Of a DNA stretch of 64,000 bases, positions 47,491-56,724 are shown piece after piece; the first letter of the stretch is position 1, and each line of letters begins with the position of its first letter. Source of the stretch: Bacillota bacterium (GTDB taxonomy: Bacteria > Bacillota > UBA5301); contig JAAYHC010000068.1 in assembly GCA_012735535.1 (NCBI GenBank), positions 62,282 through 126,281 of the forward strand, read 5' to 3'. The position numbers and the translations under genes were made by a program. The notes beneath the pieces are model-generated. The model saw nothing but the letters and a program-made list of their open reading frames with translations, had not been told where the DNA came from and made no database searches.

Positions 47491-48285
47491 TTAATTGAGT
47501 TTATACATCACAACCGGTGCTTTTTCTTCGGCCAAAGAAATGCTGTCAATGTGGTCGAATTCGCCGCCTTCTTCGCTGAAGATCACCAGTAACAGTCTGA
47601 GCTTGGCAGGTAGATCAACCATCTCGCCAAAGGACACTTTGAGGCCGCCTTTAAAAAAACAGGTGAGCTGTCCATCAGCGCTCAAATGCGCCTGACTTAA
47701 CTCGACCGGCAGCTCACTGTACCGAATGGTAGCAATTGCCCGAGCAGCTTCGGTAATAAAAGGCAGGTCAATCCGTTTTCCTTCATGAAGCGGAACCAGA
47801 TGTGAGGTGGTAAAAACGGGAACCCCATACTTAGATAGCTGTTCAACAGTTTGAATCGGCACAGCCTCTTCAGAAATCAGGCAAAAACCATCCCCGGTAG
47901 CCAGAGCCGCCACGGGCACTGCTTCATTAATCACAACTTCCAGAGTGTTCGGCAGTTTCCGCTTGATCTTCACGGAATCGATCCACGGATTTTGGAGTAA
48001 CCGCTGCTTGACCTTGCGCGTGGACAAGGTAAAAATATTACCTAACCGATTGGGATCCAAAACCTCATCAATTAAGCTCAGCGGACAGAAATACTGTCCT
48101 TTCACTACAACCTCGGTGATGCGAAAATAAGGTGACAGAGCAATGCTCCACACGCTAACGATCACCAGAATACTGATTGCAATCGTTAAGATGGTTTTGG
48201 ACGGTATTTTAATGACTTGTCCCTTCTGCACAGGCGGAAAACCCCCAGACAAATAAGTAGCACGCTGCTTAACCGGGGAAAACAT
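47491..48285 (-). CDS. ftsQ: cell division protein FtsQ/DivIB
   Basis: 264 aa, single TM, POTRA-like domain. Confidence 0.8.
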   Translation of the reverse strand: MFSPVKQRATYLSGGFPPVQKGQVIKIPSKTILTIAISILVIVSVWSIALSPYFRITEVVVKGQYFCPLSLIDEVLDPNRLGNIFTLSTRKVKQRLLQNPWIDSVKIKRKLPNTLEVVINEAVPVAALATGDGFCLISEEAVPIQTVEQLSKYGVPVFTTSHLVPLHEGKRIDLPFITEAARAIATIRYSELPVELSQAHLSADGQLTCFFKGGLKVSFGEMVDLPAKLRLLLVIFSEEGGEFDHIDSISLAEEKAPVVMYKLN

Positions 48286-49550
48286 TACAGATCGCGCGCC
48301 ACAATCTCCGCACCGACGCTCTGTAGTTTTCCGACTATATCTTCGTAACCGCGATCAATGTGTTCGGCATTTTCCACGATGGTTTGGCCGTTGGCCGCCA
48401 AACCGGCTAGAATAAGAGCCGCACCGGCCCGGAGATCGGTGGCTCTAACCGTAGTTCCATGTAAAGCCGGCACACCGGTAATCATTGCTAGGCGGCCTTC
48501 TGTCTTGATCCGCGCACCCATGCGCACCAAATCGTCAACGTGTTTGAGCCTGCTGGCAAAGACCGTTTCATAAACCATGCTAATCCCATCGGCCAGGCAT
48601 AACAAAGGAATCATCTCGGGTAGCATATCGGTAGGGAATCCGGGATAGGGCATGGAGCGCAGGGCGATCGCCTTACCCCTGCCGGTCGCTTGAATCCGGA
48701 CCGAGTTGGCCTCTTTCGTAATCGCAAATCCCATTTCAAGCAGCTTGGCCAGAATAGCCTCGAGGTGGTCGATGATTACCGGCTCTACGGTAACGTCTCC
48801 GCTGGTAATCGCACCGGCCACTAGATACGTGCCGGCTTCGATGCGGTCAGGAATCACAGAATAGTCGGTACCACCTAGCGAATCTACCCCCACAATGGTG
48901 ATCCGATCCGTGCCGGCTCCTTTGACGCGTGCCCCCAAAAGATTCAGGAAGTTTTGTAGTTCGATAATCTCCGGTTCTTTGGCGGCATTGTGGATCACCG
49001 TTTTGCCCGAGCCGACAGCAGCAGCGCACATGATGTTCTCGGTCGCTCCAACACTCGGATAATCCAGCATGATCTCAGCGCCTTTTAACTGCTCCGCTTC
49101 GAAGATAATCATCCCGGAATCTTCACGAATGTTGGCTCCCAGTGCTTCCATCCCTTTGATGTGGTAGTCAATTGGCCGTGGTCCGATATTACAACCCCCC
49201 GGCTGAGTAACGATGACCTTTCCTTCTTTGGCCAATACAGGACCGACCACTAAAATGGAGGCCCTCATCTCCCGCAGCAGCTTCTCCGGTGCTTTGGTAT
49301 TGAGTTGTTTTGGCGGCACCAGCTTGAGCGTATGATCATCCAACCAGCTGCAGCTCATCCCCAACGCTGTGAGCATTGCCAGCATAATCTCAACATCACT
49401 AATCTGCGGAATATTACGGAGAATCACAGGCTGGGTTGCCATTAACGAGGCAGCTAAAATCGGCAGGCTGGCGTTCTTCGCACCGGAAATGCGAACCTTT
49501 CCCTCGAGCCTCCGGCCACCATCAACCACATACGTTTTAATTATCCTCAC
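48285..49550 (-). CDS. murA: UDP-N-acetylglucosamine 1-carboxyvinyltransferase
   Basis: 421 aa starting MRIIKTYVVDGGRRLEGKVRISGAKNASLPI. Confidence 0.9.
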   Translation of the reverse strand: MRIIKTYVVDGGRRLEGKVRISGAKNASLPILAASLMATQPVILRNIPQISDVEIMLAMLTALGMSCSWLDDHTLKLVPPKQLNTKAPEKLLREMRASILVVGPVLAKEGKVIVTQPGGCNIGPRPIDYHIKGMEALGANIREDSGMIIFEAEQLKGAEIMLDYPSVGATENIMCAAAVGSGKTVIHNAAKEPEIIELQNFLNLLGARVKGAGTDRITIVGVDSLGGTDYSVIPDRIEAGTYLVAGAITSGDVTVEPVIIDHLEAILAKLLEMGFAITKEANSVRIQATGRGKAIALRSMPYPGFPTDMLPEMIPLLCLADGISMVYETVFASRLKHVDDLVRMGARIKTEGRLAMITGVPALHGTTVRATDLRAGAALILAGLAANGQTIVENAEHIDRGYEDIVGKLQSVGAEIVARDL

Positions 49551-49555
49551 CCCAC

Positions 49556-50488
49556 TTAGGGAGTGGAGAAACCGATGAGCTCAATCTCCGGTTGCAACAG
49601 TATTCCGGTCTCCCGCTCCACAATAGCCTGGACTTCGGTGATTAGGCGATAAATGTCACTGGCAGTTGCATAACCCAAATTAACGATAAAATTGGCATGG
49701 ATCGGCGATACCTGAGCACCACCGATGCTCAACCCCTTCAGGCCGGCCTCATCAATTAATTTAGCAGATTTATAACCCTCCGGATTACGAAAAACACTCC
49801 CGGCGCTGGGCAACCCCAGTGGCTGCGTATCCTGGCGGCGTTTCAAATACTCCTGCATTCGCTCCTGGATCTCCGCCGATGAGGCTTCGGCCAAGACAAA
49901 TTCGGCGGCCACGATCACTTTATCGCCCAAATTGCTCTGGCGATAACCAAAAGAAAGCATCTCTTTTTCTAATTTTTCTACACCTTGATCCCCAAGAACC
50001 CAGATCCGACTGACTTTTTCACCGATGGTCGAACCCCAGGCGCCGGCATTCATGTGAATGGCTCCACCAAGTGTACCAGGAATCCCGGAGACAAACTCCA
50101 AACCGGATAAACCTTCGTTAGCCGCCCTCTTTGCCAGTACCGGCAGGGGGATACCTGCTTCAGCCCAAATTTGGTTGGTCGACTCCCGCGACCACTTGGC
50201 AAAACGGGGGCCAAGACGCACAATAGCCCCTCTATATCCCTCATCGGCAACGAGTAAGTTCGTGCCATTACCAATAACGCGATAAGGCACACCCTCTGCG
50301 GAAATCAGGGCCAGAGCCCCTTGCAGCTCGGCCACGGTTGTTGGTTCGAGGTAAATATCTGCCGGACCACCCACTCGAAAAGAGGTGTGCAGATTCATCG
50401 GCTCGCCGACCTTCACCGTTAGGCCCAACGCATCCTCGAGTTTGTCTGCAACCGCCAATTTATCAAATTGGGAGTGATGGTTAACCAC
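49556..50488 (-). CDS. murB: UDP-N-acetylenolpyruvoylglucosamine reductase
   Basis: 310 aa with an FAD-binding domain. Confidence 0.85.
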   Translation of the reverse strand: MVNHHSQFDKLAVADKLEDALGLTVKVGEPMNLHTSFRVGGPADIYLEPTTVAELQGALALISAEGVPYRVIGNGTNLLVADEGYRGAIVRLGPRFAKWSRESTNQIWAEAGIPLPVLAKRAANEGLSGLEFVSGIPGTLGGAIHMNAGAWGSTIGEKVSRIWVLGDQGVEKLEKEMLSFGYRQSNLGDKVIVAAEFVLAEASSAEIQERMQEYLKRRQDTQPLGLPSAGSVFRNPEGYKSAKLIDEAGLKGLSIGGAQVSPIHANFIVNLGYATASDIYRLITEVQAIVERETGILLQPEIELIGFSTP

Positions 50489-50527
50489 GAAACACTACCC
50501 CTTCACCAAAATATTATTCAGAGAAAT

Positions 50528-51682
50528 TCAATGTGTGCCAGACCGACCCTTCACTGCCAGCCGCATGATCTCTTGGGCAATTTCAGTGGCCGCCAGAGGC
50601 TTACCGACTGCGCGACTAGCCTCAGCCATTGCTTGGCGTTGCTGTTCATCGTTGATTAAATTGATCAGCTGGCTCCATAGTGATTCCGCATGAAGATCTT
50701 TTTCCAATATGACCTTCGCCGCTCCTATTCTCTCCAAAGCCCTAGCATTATGCTCTTGATGATTTTCGGCCGCTGTGGGCAACGGAATCAAGATGCTCGG
50801 AATCCCCTTTGCGGTAATCTCGGCGAGCGAAATCGCTCCAGCCCTGGCAATCACCAGATCGCTCACGGCCAGAGCAGCCGACATCTGATGAATATACGAG
50901 CGCACTTGCAAATTCCTGTATTGGATCACCTGTGGTTCAACTTCCGTAAACTCCGGTGGAAGCTCGGCCCGGATCAAATCATACTGGTTTTCTCCGGTCT
51001 GCCAGAGCACCTGCCAATCGGTTAGCCCCACCAGTCGCGGCCACAGCGCCAACATGGTCTTATTGATCGCTCGCGACCCCTGGCTGGCACCGAAAACCAA
51101 GATCGTAAATTTGCCGGGATCCAGCCTAAGTATCCGGTAACCTTCATCCCGGGTCGTCTGCATAATATTCAACCGGATTGGGTTACCCAAGTCTTTGACC
51201 TTGTCCGGGCGGCGCACCTGGGCAGCGAGTCTTTCCTTAGCTACAGCGTACCCTACGCAGACCAGATCAGCTCGCTTTGCCAGTATCCGTGTGGTGGCCC
51301 CAGGCAAAGCATTTTGCTCTTGAAGAACGGTGGGAATTTTACGCAATTGAGCTGCAAACACCGGTGGACCGCTAACGTAACCGCCGGTACCAATAACAAC
51401 GTCCGGCCGAAACTCGGTTATAATTTTATTTGCACTTAATACGGCCATACTGGCCTTATATAGGGTTATTAAGGTGTCAAGACTTAATTTACGCTGAAAC
51501 GCTTGGATATCGAGGCACTTGAGCTCGAAACCATGCCGGGGAACAATTCTTTTTTCCAGCCCGCGCTTGGAGCCGACAAAAACAATCTCTGCCGACGGGT
51601 CCATTTCTAGCAAAGCTTGCGCGATAGACAAAGCCGGATAAATGTGCCCTCCGGTGCCGCCACCGGCAAACAAGTAGCGCAT
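50528..51682 (-). CDS. murG: undecaprenyldiphospho-muramoylpentapeptide beta-N-acetylglucosaminyltransferase
   Basis: MRYLFAGGGTGGHIYPAL from the ATG at 51682. The track ORF extends 82 codons upstream, overlapping ftsW. Confidence 0.9.
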   Translation of the reverse strand: MRYLFAGGGTGGHIYPALSIAQALLEMDPSAEIVFVGSKRGLEKRIVPRHGFELKCLDIQAFQRKLSLDTLITLYKASMAVLSANKIITEFRPDVVIGTGGYVSGPPVFAAQLRKIPTVLQEQNALPGATTRILAKRADLVCVGYAVAKERLAAQVRRPDKVKDLGNPIRLNIMQTTRDEGYRILRLDPGKFTILVFGASQGSRAINKTMLALWPRLVGLTDWQVLWQTGENQYDLIRAELPPEFTEVEPQVIQYRNLQVRSYIHQMSAALAVSDLVIARAGAISLAEITAKGIPSILIPLPTAAENHQEHNARALERIGAAKVILEKDLHAESLWSQLINLINDEQQRQAMAEASRAVGKPLAATEIAQEIMRLAVKGRSGTH

Positions 51683-51693
51683 GCGATTCCCCC

Positions 51694-52809
51694 CTACCGG
51701 GCTGAATTTGCTGAAATATTCAGTAGTACGCCAATTGAACCTAGAGTGATGGCCAGCGACGAACCTCCGTACGATATTAGCGGCAGAGTAATTCCGGTGA
51801 TGGGCATCGCACCGGAAATGACACCGATATTGATAATCGCCTGGAAGACTATCATTGAAGTGATACCGGTGGCCAATAAAGCGCCTAACCGGTCTGAAGC
51901 CTTCAGGGCAACCCGATAACCGCGCCACGCAAAGAGGATGAATAAAGCCAAAACGGTCAAGGTACCCAAAAGACCAAGTTCTTCACCGAGAATGGCAAAG
52001 ATAAAGTCGGTGTGATTAGCCGGCAAATAGGCAAATTTCTGTCGGCTCTGCCCGAGCCCCAAGCCAAAAAAGCCCCCGGAACCTAGAGCCAGCAGCGACT
52101 GAATCGTCTGATAGCCGCTATCGGCTGGATCGGCCCACGGATTGAGAAAAGCCGTAATCCGGCGCATCCGGTAGGGTTCGATCCAAGCCAACACAAAAGC
52201 GGCTGGAACTCCCAAAGCCAGCAAACCGGCCAGATATTCGCCACGCACCCCTGCCACAAATAACATAATCAGCCAAATACCGGAAATGACAATAAACGAA
52301 CCAAAATCAGGTTGCAACATAATCAACAGATCGATTATCCCGATCCAAAACACAGGTATTAAGAACCCTTTATTGAAGGTAAGGACGTTATCCTTGGGCA
52401 AGCGGGAAAAATAGACCGCAAAGAAAAGAATGAGCGCAAACTTCGCCAGTTCTGTCGGCTGATAATTGAAAAAACCGAACTCGATCCACCTTTTCGAACC
52501 GCTAACCACGTCACCGATAGCTATGACAACTATGAGCGAACCGACGGCAAAAAGCATGAGCGGCCAGGCCAAGGCGGTCCAACGATGATAATTGATTTTA
52601 TAAGTACAGTACAAAGCCGATAAGCCGATGATAATCCACATCACTTGGCGTTTAAGATAGTAGGCTGCATCACCGATTTGGATATATGCTCGCACCGAAC
52701 TGGCACTATAGACCATCACCACACCGATGCACAGCAGGGCAATCGTAATAGCAAACAAGCCATAATCCGGTGCTGAACGCTGGTTCGGGTTACTAACCAT
52801 CAGCATCAC
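51694..52809 (-). CDS. ftsW: SEDS-family peptidoglycan glycosyltransferase FtsW/SpoVE
   Basis: 371 aa, 10 TM, in the cell-division/cell-wall cluster. Confidence 0.9.
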   Translation of the reverse strand: MMLMVSNPNQRSAPDYGLFAITIALLCIGVVMVYSASSVRAYIQIGDAAYYLKRQVMWIIIGLSALYCTYKINYHRWTALAWPLMLFAVGSLIVVIAIGDVVSGSKRWIEFGFFNYQPTELAKFALILFFAVYFSRLPKDNVLTFNKGFLIPVFWIGIIDLLIMLQPDFGSFIVISGIWLIMLFVAGVRGEYLAGLLALGVPAAFVLAWIEPYRMRRITAFLNPWADPADSGYQTIQSLLALGSGGFFGLGLGQSRQKFAYLPANHTDFIFAILGEELGLLGTLTVLALFILFAWRGYRVALKASDRLGALLATGITSMIVFQAIINIGVISGAMPITGITLPLISYGGSSLAITLGSIGVLLNISANSAR

Positions 52810-52821
52810 ACCCCTTCTTAG

Positions 52822-53778
52822 TTAAACCCGATAAAATAAGTATAATCCCAAGAAGGCAAAGAGTAGACTAACTAGCCAAAATCTGGCGACAACTTTGGTC
52901 TCCGCTAACCCGTTAAGTTCGTAATGGTGGTGCAGCGGTGCCATCCGAAAAACCCGTTTTCCTCTCAGCCGGAATGAAGCCACTTGAATGATATCGCTCA
53001 GGGTTTCCACGACGAAAATACCACCGATAATCAAGTAATAAAACTCTGTCCCGGTAAAAACCGCAATTGTGCCGAAAAAGGCCCCGAGAGCTAGTGCGCC
53101 GGTGTCGCCCATAAAAACCTGCGCAGGTGGAGCGTTGAACCAGACAAACCCCAAACAGGCCCCGGCTACCGCAGAGCACAAAGTTGCTAAGCCGGGAAAA
53201 CCGGTGGAAACGGTCAGCGCCGTCAGAGCTAACGCTGAAATTGTACTCACACCGGCAGCCAACGCGTCAAGACCATCGGTCAAGTTAACGGCGTTGGAGA
53301 ATCCTACGATAAAGAAAACGGTCCAAGGTAAGTACAACCATAGCGGCATCTGCCAGACACCGATGAGCGGCAAAGAAACTGCAGTGCCTTTGATTGTGGC
53401 GGCGGCCATACCGATCAAAAGCGCCAGCAAGGCCTGGAAGAGCAGTTTGTAGCGAGCTTTTAAACCTAAAGATCGCTTGTAAACAATGATTAAGAAATCA
53501 TCCAGCAGCCCAACTGCGCCAAACCCGAGCGTTGCGAACAGCGCCCACATGGAAGCTTGGTCCTCTTTGACCATAGCCAGTCCAACAACTGTGATGGCGA
53601 ATAAAATCATGATTCCGCCCATAGTCGGAGTGCCGGCTTTTTTCAAGTGGGCCTGGGGACCATCCGATCTGATGCTTTGACCAAACTTAAGACGCCGCAA
53701 AAGCCCAATCACCGGCTTGCCGATCACGATGACCAATGAAAAGGCAAAAATCCCAGGCAGCATTAGATCAATGTTCAT
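52822..53778 (-). CDS. mraY: phospho-N-acetylmuramoyl-pentapeptide transferase
   Basis: 318 aa, polytopic, in conserved position. Confidence 0.9.
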   Translation of the reverse strand: MNIDLMLPGIFAFSLVIVIGKPVIGLLRRLKFGQSIRSDGPQAHLKKAGTPTMGGIMILFAITVVGLAMVKEDQASMWALFATLGFGAVGLLDDFLIIVYKRSLGLKARYKLLFQALLALLIGMAAATIKGTAVSLPLIGVWQMPLWLYLPWTVFFIVGFSNAVNLTDGLDALAAGVSTISALALTALTVSTGFPGLATLCSAVAGACLGFVWFNAPPAQVFMGDTGALALGAFFGTIAVFTGTEFYYLIIGGIFVVETLSDIIQVASFRLRGKRVFRMAPLHHHYELNGLAETKVVARFWLVSLLFAFLGLYLFYRV

Positions 53779-55172
53779 TGCTTCTTCTCTCCTGTCAAGA
53801 CCTGGACAACCTGCTCCATCTTCATGCCGCGCGAACCCTTGACAAGTATTACATCATTTGGGCGGGGAATGGACCGTACGACCGCAACCGCGTCTTCCGT
53901 CGACGGCAGCTTGACAATCTGCTCTGCGGTCATTCCGCCGGCGAGAGCTCCGGCGGCAAGGTCTTCGGAGCGTGCGCCCACTGCTAAAAGTAAATCTATA
54001 CCCAGCTCGGCTACGACCATGCCGACTCGTTCATGAGTTGCTTTGCTGCTGGCACCGAGTTCAAACATATCCCCCAAGATGGCAATTGTCCGCCCACCTT
54101 CCTTGCGCAAACTCGCGAGCAACTCCAAGCCGGCCCGCATCGAATCAAAGCAAGCATTGTAGGCATCATTGATGACTTGATATCCTTCCGGCACGGACAA
54201 GATTTCACACCGCATGCCGGTCAGCTCGGCCTGGCGTAGCCCGGTAGCAATTTCCGGCAGGGTTAAACCTAGGAGATGACCCACCGCCGCAGCCGCCAAA
54301 CTATTATAGACGTTGTGTCGACCAGGTACGCCCAGATTGATCGGGGCCTCTTCCTCTCCCACGCGCAGAACAAAACTGACCCGCCCATCAGCCTGTTGTG
54401 TCAAGTCGGTGGCGGTAACCAGATAGCGATCGGAGTCGGCGTCATTAAGGCCGTAGAACACTACCCGACCTGGACATCTAGCCGCTTGTACGACGGCCAA
54501 AGGATCGTCGCCGTTGACTACCCCAGAGCCATGCGGATCGATGGCCTCCAGCAGTTCTCCTTTGGCTTGCGCGATCGCTTCTCTACTTCCGAGCAATTCG
54601 ATATGACTTTCTCCGACATTGGTAAGTACGCCAATATATGGAGGTGCAATCTGGGCGAGGCGAGCAATTTGACCTGGACCGCGCATACCCATTTCCAACA
54701 CAGCATAATCAGTCTCCGGAGTAAGTTCAAATAACATCAACGGCAAGCCGATCTCAGTATTATAGTTACCTCTGGTGGCCACCACTGAATACTTCGAGCG
54801 CAGGACAGCTGCGATCAAATCTTTGGTGGAAGTCTTCCCCACGCTGCCGGTAACCGCTACTACTTTTGCTCTGGTCTGTCTCAGGTACCAAGCGGCTAGG
54901 TCCTGCAATGCGCGCTCAGCGGATGCTACCTGGATGACCGCAGCTTCTGTTATCTGCGGCAACTCGGGCCTCGCCCATAGAAGCGCGCTTGCCCCGTTGG
55001 CAACGGCCATCGCCGCAAAGTCATGCCCATCTACCTTCTCGCCTTTCAGCGGGACGAATAGATCACCCGTCCGAACCTGACGGCTATCGATGGCAACTCC
55101 GCTGACATACCCGCGACCCTGAATCAGAACACCTTTACAAACCTCGACAATCTTATCAACAGCTAAATTCAT
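53775..55172 (-). CDS. murF: UDP-MurNAc-tripeptide--D-alanyl-D-alanine ligase
   Basis: GSVGKTSTK, NYNTEIGLPL. Confidence 0.9.
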   Translation of the reverse strand: MNLAVDKIVEVCKGVLIQGRGYVSGVAIDSRQVRTGDLFVPLKGEKVDGHDFAAMAVANGASALLWARPELPQITEAAVIQVASAERALQDLAAWYLRQTRAKVVAVTGSVGKTSTKDLIAAVLRSKYSVVATRGNYNTEIGLPLMLFELTPETDYAVLEMGMRGPGQIARLAQIAPPYIGVLTNVGESHIELLGSREAIAQAKGELLEAIDPHGSGVVNGDDPLAVVQAARCPGRVVFYGLNDADSDRYLVTATDLTQQADGRVSFVLRVGEEEAPINLGVPGRHNVYNSLAAAAVGHLLGLTLPEIATGLRQAELTGMRCEILSVPEGYQVINDAYNACFDSMRAGLELLASLRKEGGRTIAILGDMFELGASSKATHERVGMVVAELGIDLLLAVGARSEDLAAGALAGGMTAEQIVKLPSTEDAVAVVRSIPRPNDVILVKGSRGMKMEQVVQVLTGEKKQ

Positions 55173-55174
55173 GA

Positions 55175-56671
55175 TTATTTCCCTTTTCCCAAGCTCTCTT
55201 GCAAAATACGGACAGCTTCTTCACGATCATCAAAGTGAATGATTTTATCCCGAAAAATCTGATAATCCTCATGCCCTTTGCCGGCAATCACCACAACATC
55301 GCCCGGCTCGGCCCACCTGATCGCCGCCGCAATCGCCTCACGCCGATCAACAATTACCTCGTAAGAATTCGGAGCAGCACTCAGTTCAAGGCCGGCCACG
55401 ATATCTTGGCAAATACTCAACGGATCCTCACTGCGCGGATTGTCGGAAGTAACAAAGACTCGATCGGCCAGTTCACCGGCGATCCGGCCCATTTCGGGGC
55501 GTTTGGTTCTGTCACGATCACCACCACATCCAAAGACGACTGCTAAACGATTGGCAGTAATAGCCCGGGCCGTGCTCAAAATATTGGCCAGTCCATCGGG
55601 AGTATGGGCATAGTCCACGACTACGGCAAAATCTTGCCCCAGATCAACGAGTTCTGCTCTGCCGCGCACCCCGGTAACATCCGTTAACGCCGATACGATT
55701 AGATCTAAGTCTAAACCTTCCAACAAAGCCGTAGCGATAGCCGCCAGGCAATTATAGACATTAAACTGCCCCAATAACCGGGTCTGTAGTTTGCGAACCC
55801 CGGCCGGCGTCTCTACGGTAAATCTGGTACCTTTAGCATCAAGCTCAAGATCAACAGCGCGAACCTGAGCCGTTGGCCCTAGGCCATATAATAGAACCGG
55901 AACTTTGGCCACCCTGCTAATCTCCTCGGCATTAGGATCATCACAGTTAAGCGCAATCCCCTTAGGGCCAAGCTTGACGGAATCCACACCAATCCGCTCG
56001 AAAAAGCTTATCTTGGCTTGGAGGTAGTTTTCAAAGGTTTGGTGGAAATCTAGGTGGTCCTGAGTGATATTGGTGAAAGCACCTAGATCAAATTCGGAGC
56101 CTAAAATTCTATCCAGAACGATCGCATGTGAAGAAACTTCCATAACTACATGGGACACACCTTCCGCCTGCATTTGGGCAAAAAGCTGCTGCAAATCGGA
56201 GGCTTCCGGAGTAGTGTGCTCCGCCTTGAGTTCTCGGTCCCCGATGAGATTTTTAATCGTTCCAACCAATCCCGTCTTGTGCCCGGCAGCCTCAAGAATT
56301 CGTTTGAGCAAATAAGTAGTGGTGGTTTTGCCGTTGGTTCCGGTAACCCCGAACAAGCGCAAGTTACGCGTTGGATGCCCCCAATAAGCGGCTGCGGCTA
56401 AAGCAAGAGCTTTGCGGGAATCAGGTACAATAATCTGGGGAACGGTTAACCCGGGAATCGACCGCTCGCAGATAACCGCCACCGCTCCGGCCCCGACGGC
56501 CTCCTCGGCGTAAGCATGACCATCGAAGCGATAGCCGGTAATGCAGACAAAAATGTTCCCGGGCACCACCTTGCGCGAATCGTATGCAATACCTGTAAAA
56601 CGAACTTGGGCGTAATCAGGTGCCAAATAAGCTCCGGGTATTTGACCGGTTATGTATTCCAGAGTTGCCAA
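55175..56671 (-). CDS. murE: UDP-MurNAc-L-Ala-D-Glu--2,6-diaminopimelate ligase
   Basis: GTNGKTTT, DYAHTPDGL and a DNPR motif. Confidence 0.9.
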   Translation of the reverse strand: MATLEYITGQIPGAYLAPDYAQVRFTGIAYDSRKVVPGNIFVCITGYRFDGHAYAEEAVGAGAVAVICERSIPGLTVPQIIVPDSRKALALAAAAYWGHPTRNLRLFGVTGTNGKTTTTYLLKRILEAAGHKTGLVGTIKNLIGDRELKAEHTTPEASDLQQLFAQMQAEGVSHVVMEVSSHAIVLDRILGSEFDLGAFTNITQDHLDFHQTFENYLQAKISFFERIGVDSVKLGPKGIALNCDDPNAEEISRVAKVPVLLYGLGPTAQVRAVDLELDAKGTRFTVETPAGVRKLQTRLLGQFNVYNCLAAIATALLEGLDLDLIVSALTDVTGVRGRAELVDLGQDFAVVVDYAHTPDGLANILSTARAITANRLAVVFGCGGDRDRTKRPEMGRIAGELADRVFVTSDNPRSEDPLSICQDIVAGLELSAAPNSYEVIVDRREAIAAAIRWAEPGDVVVIAGKGHEDYQIFRDKIIHFDDREEAVRILQESLGKGK

Positions 56672-56724
56672 CTATACTCACTCCTACTGATAAAGTAACC
56701 GCTGATTGCTCCAACAAATGCATC

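Noticed and set aside
51683-51928. 82-codon N-terminal extension of murG (MARLSGCPEGFRP...)
   Set aside because: It overlaps the 3' end of ftsW in another frame. The conserved MurG N-terminus MRYLFAGGGTGGH starts at the ATG at 51682.
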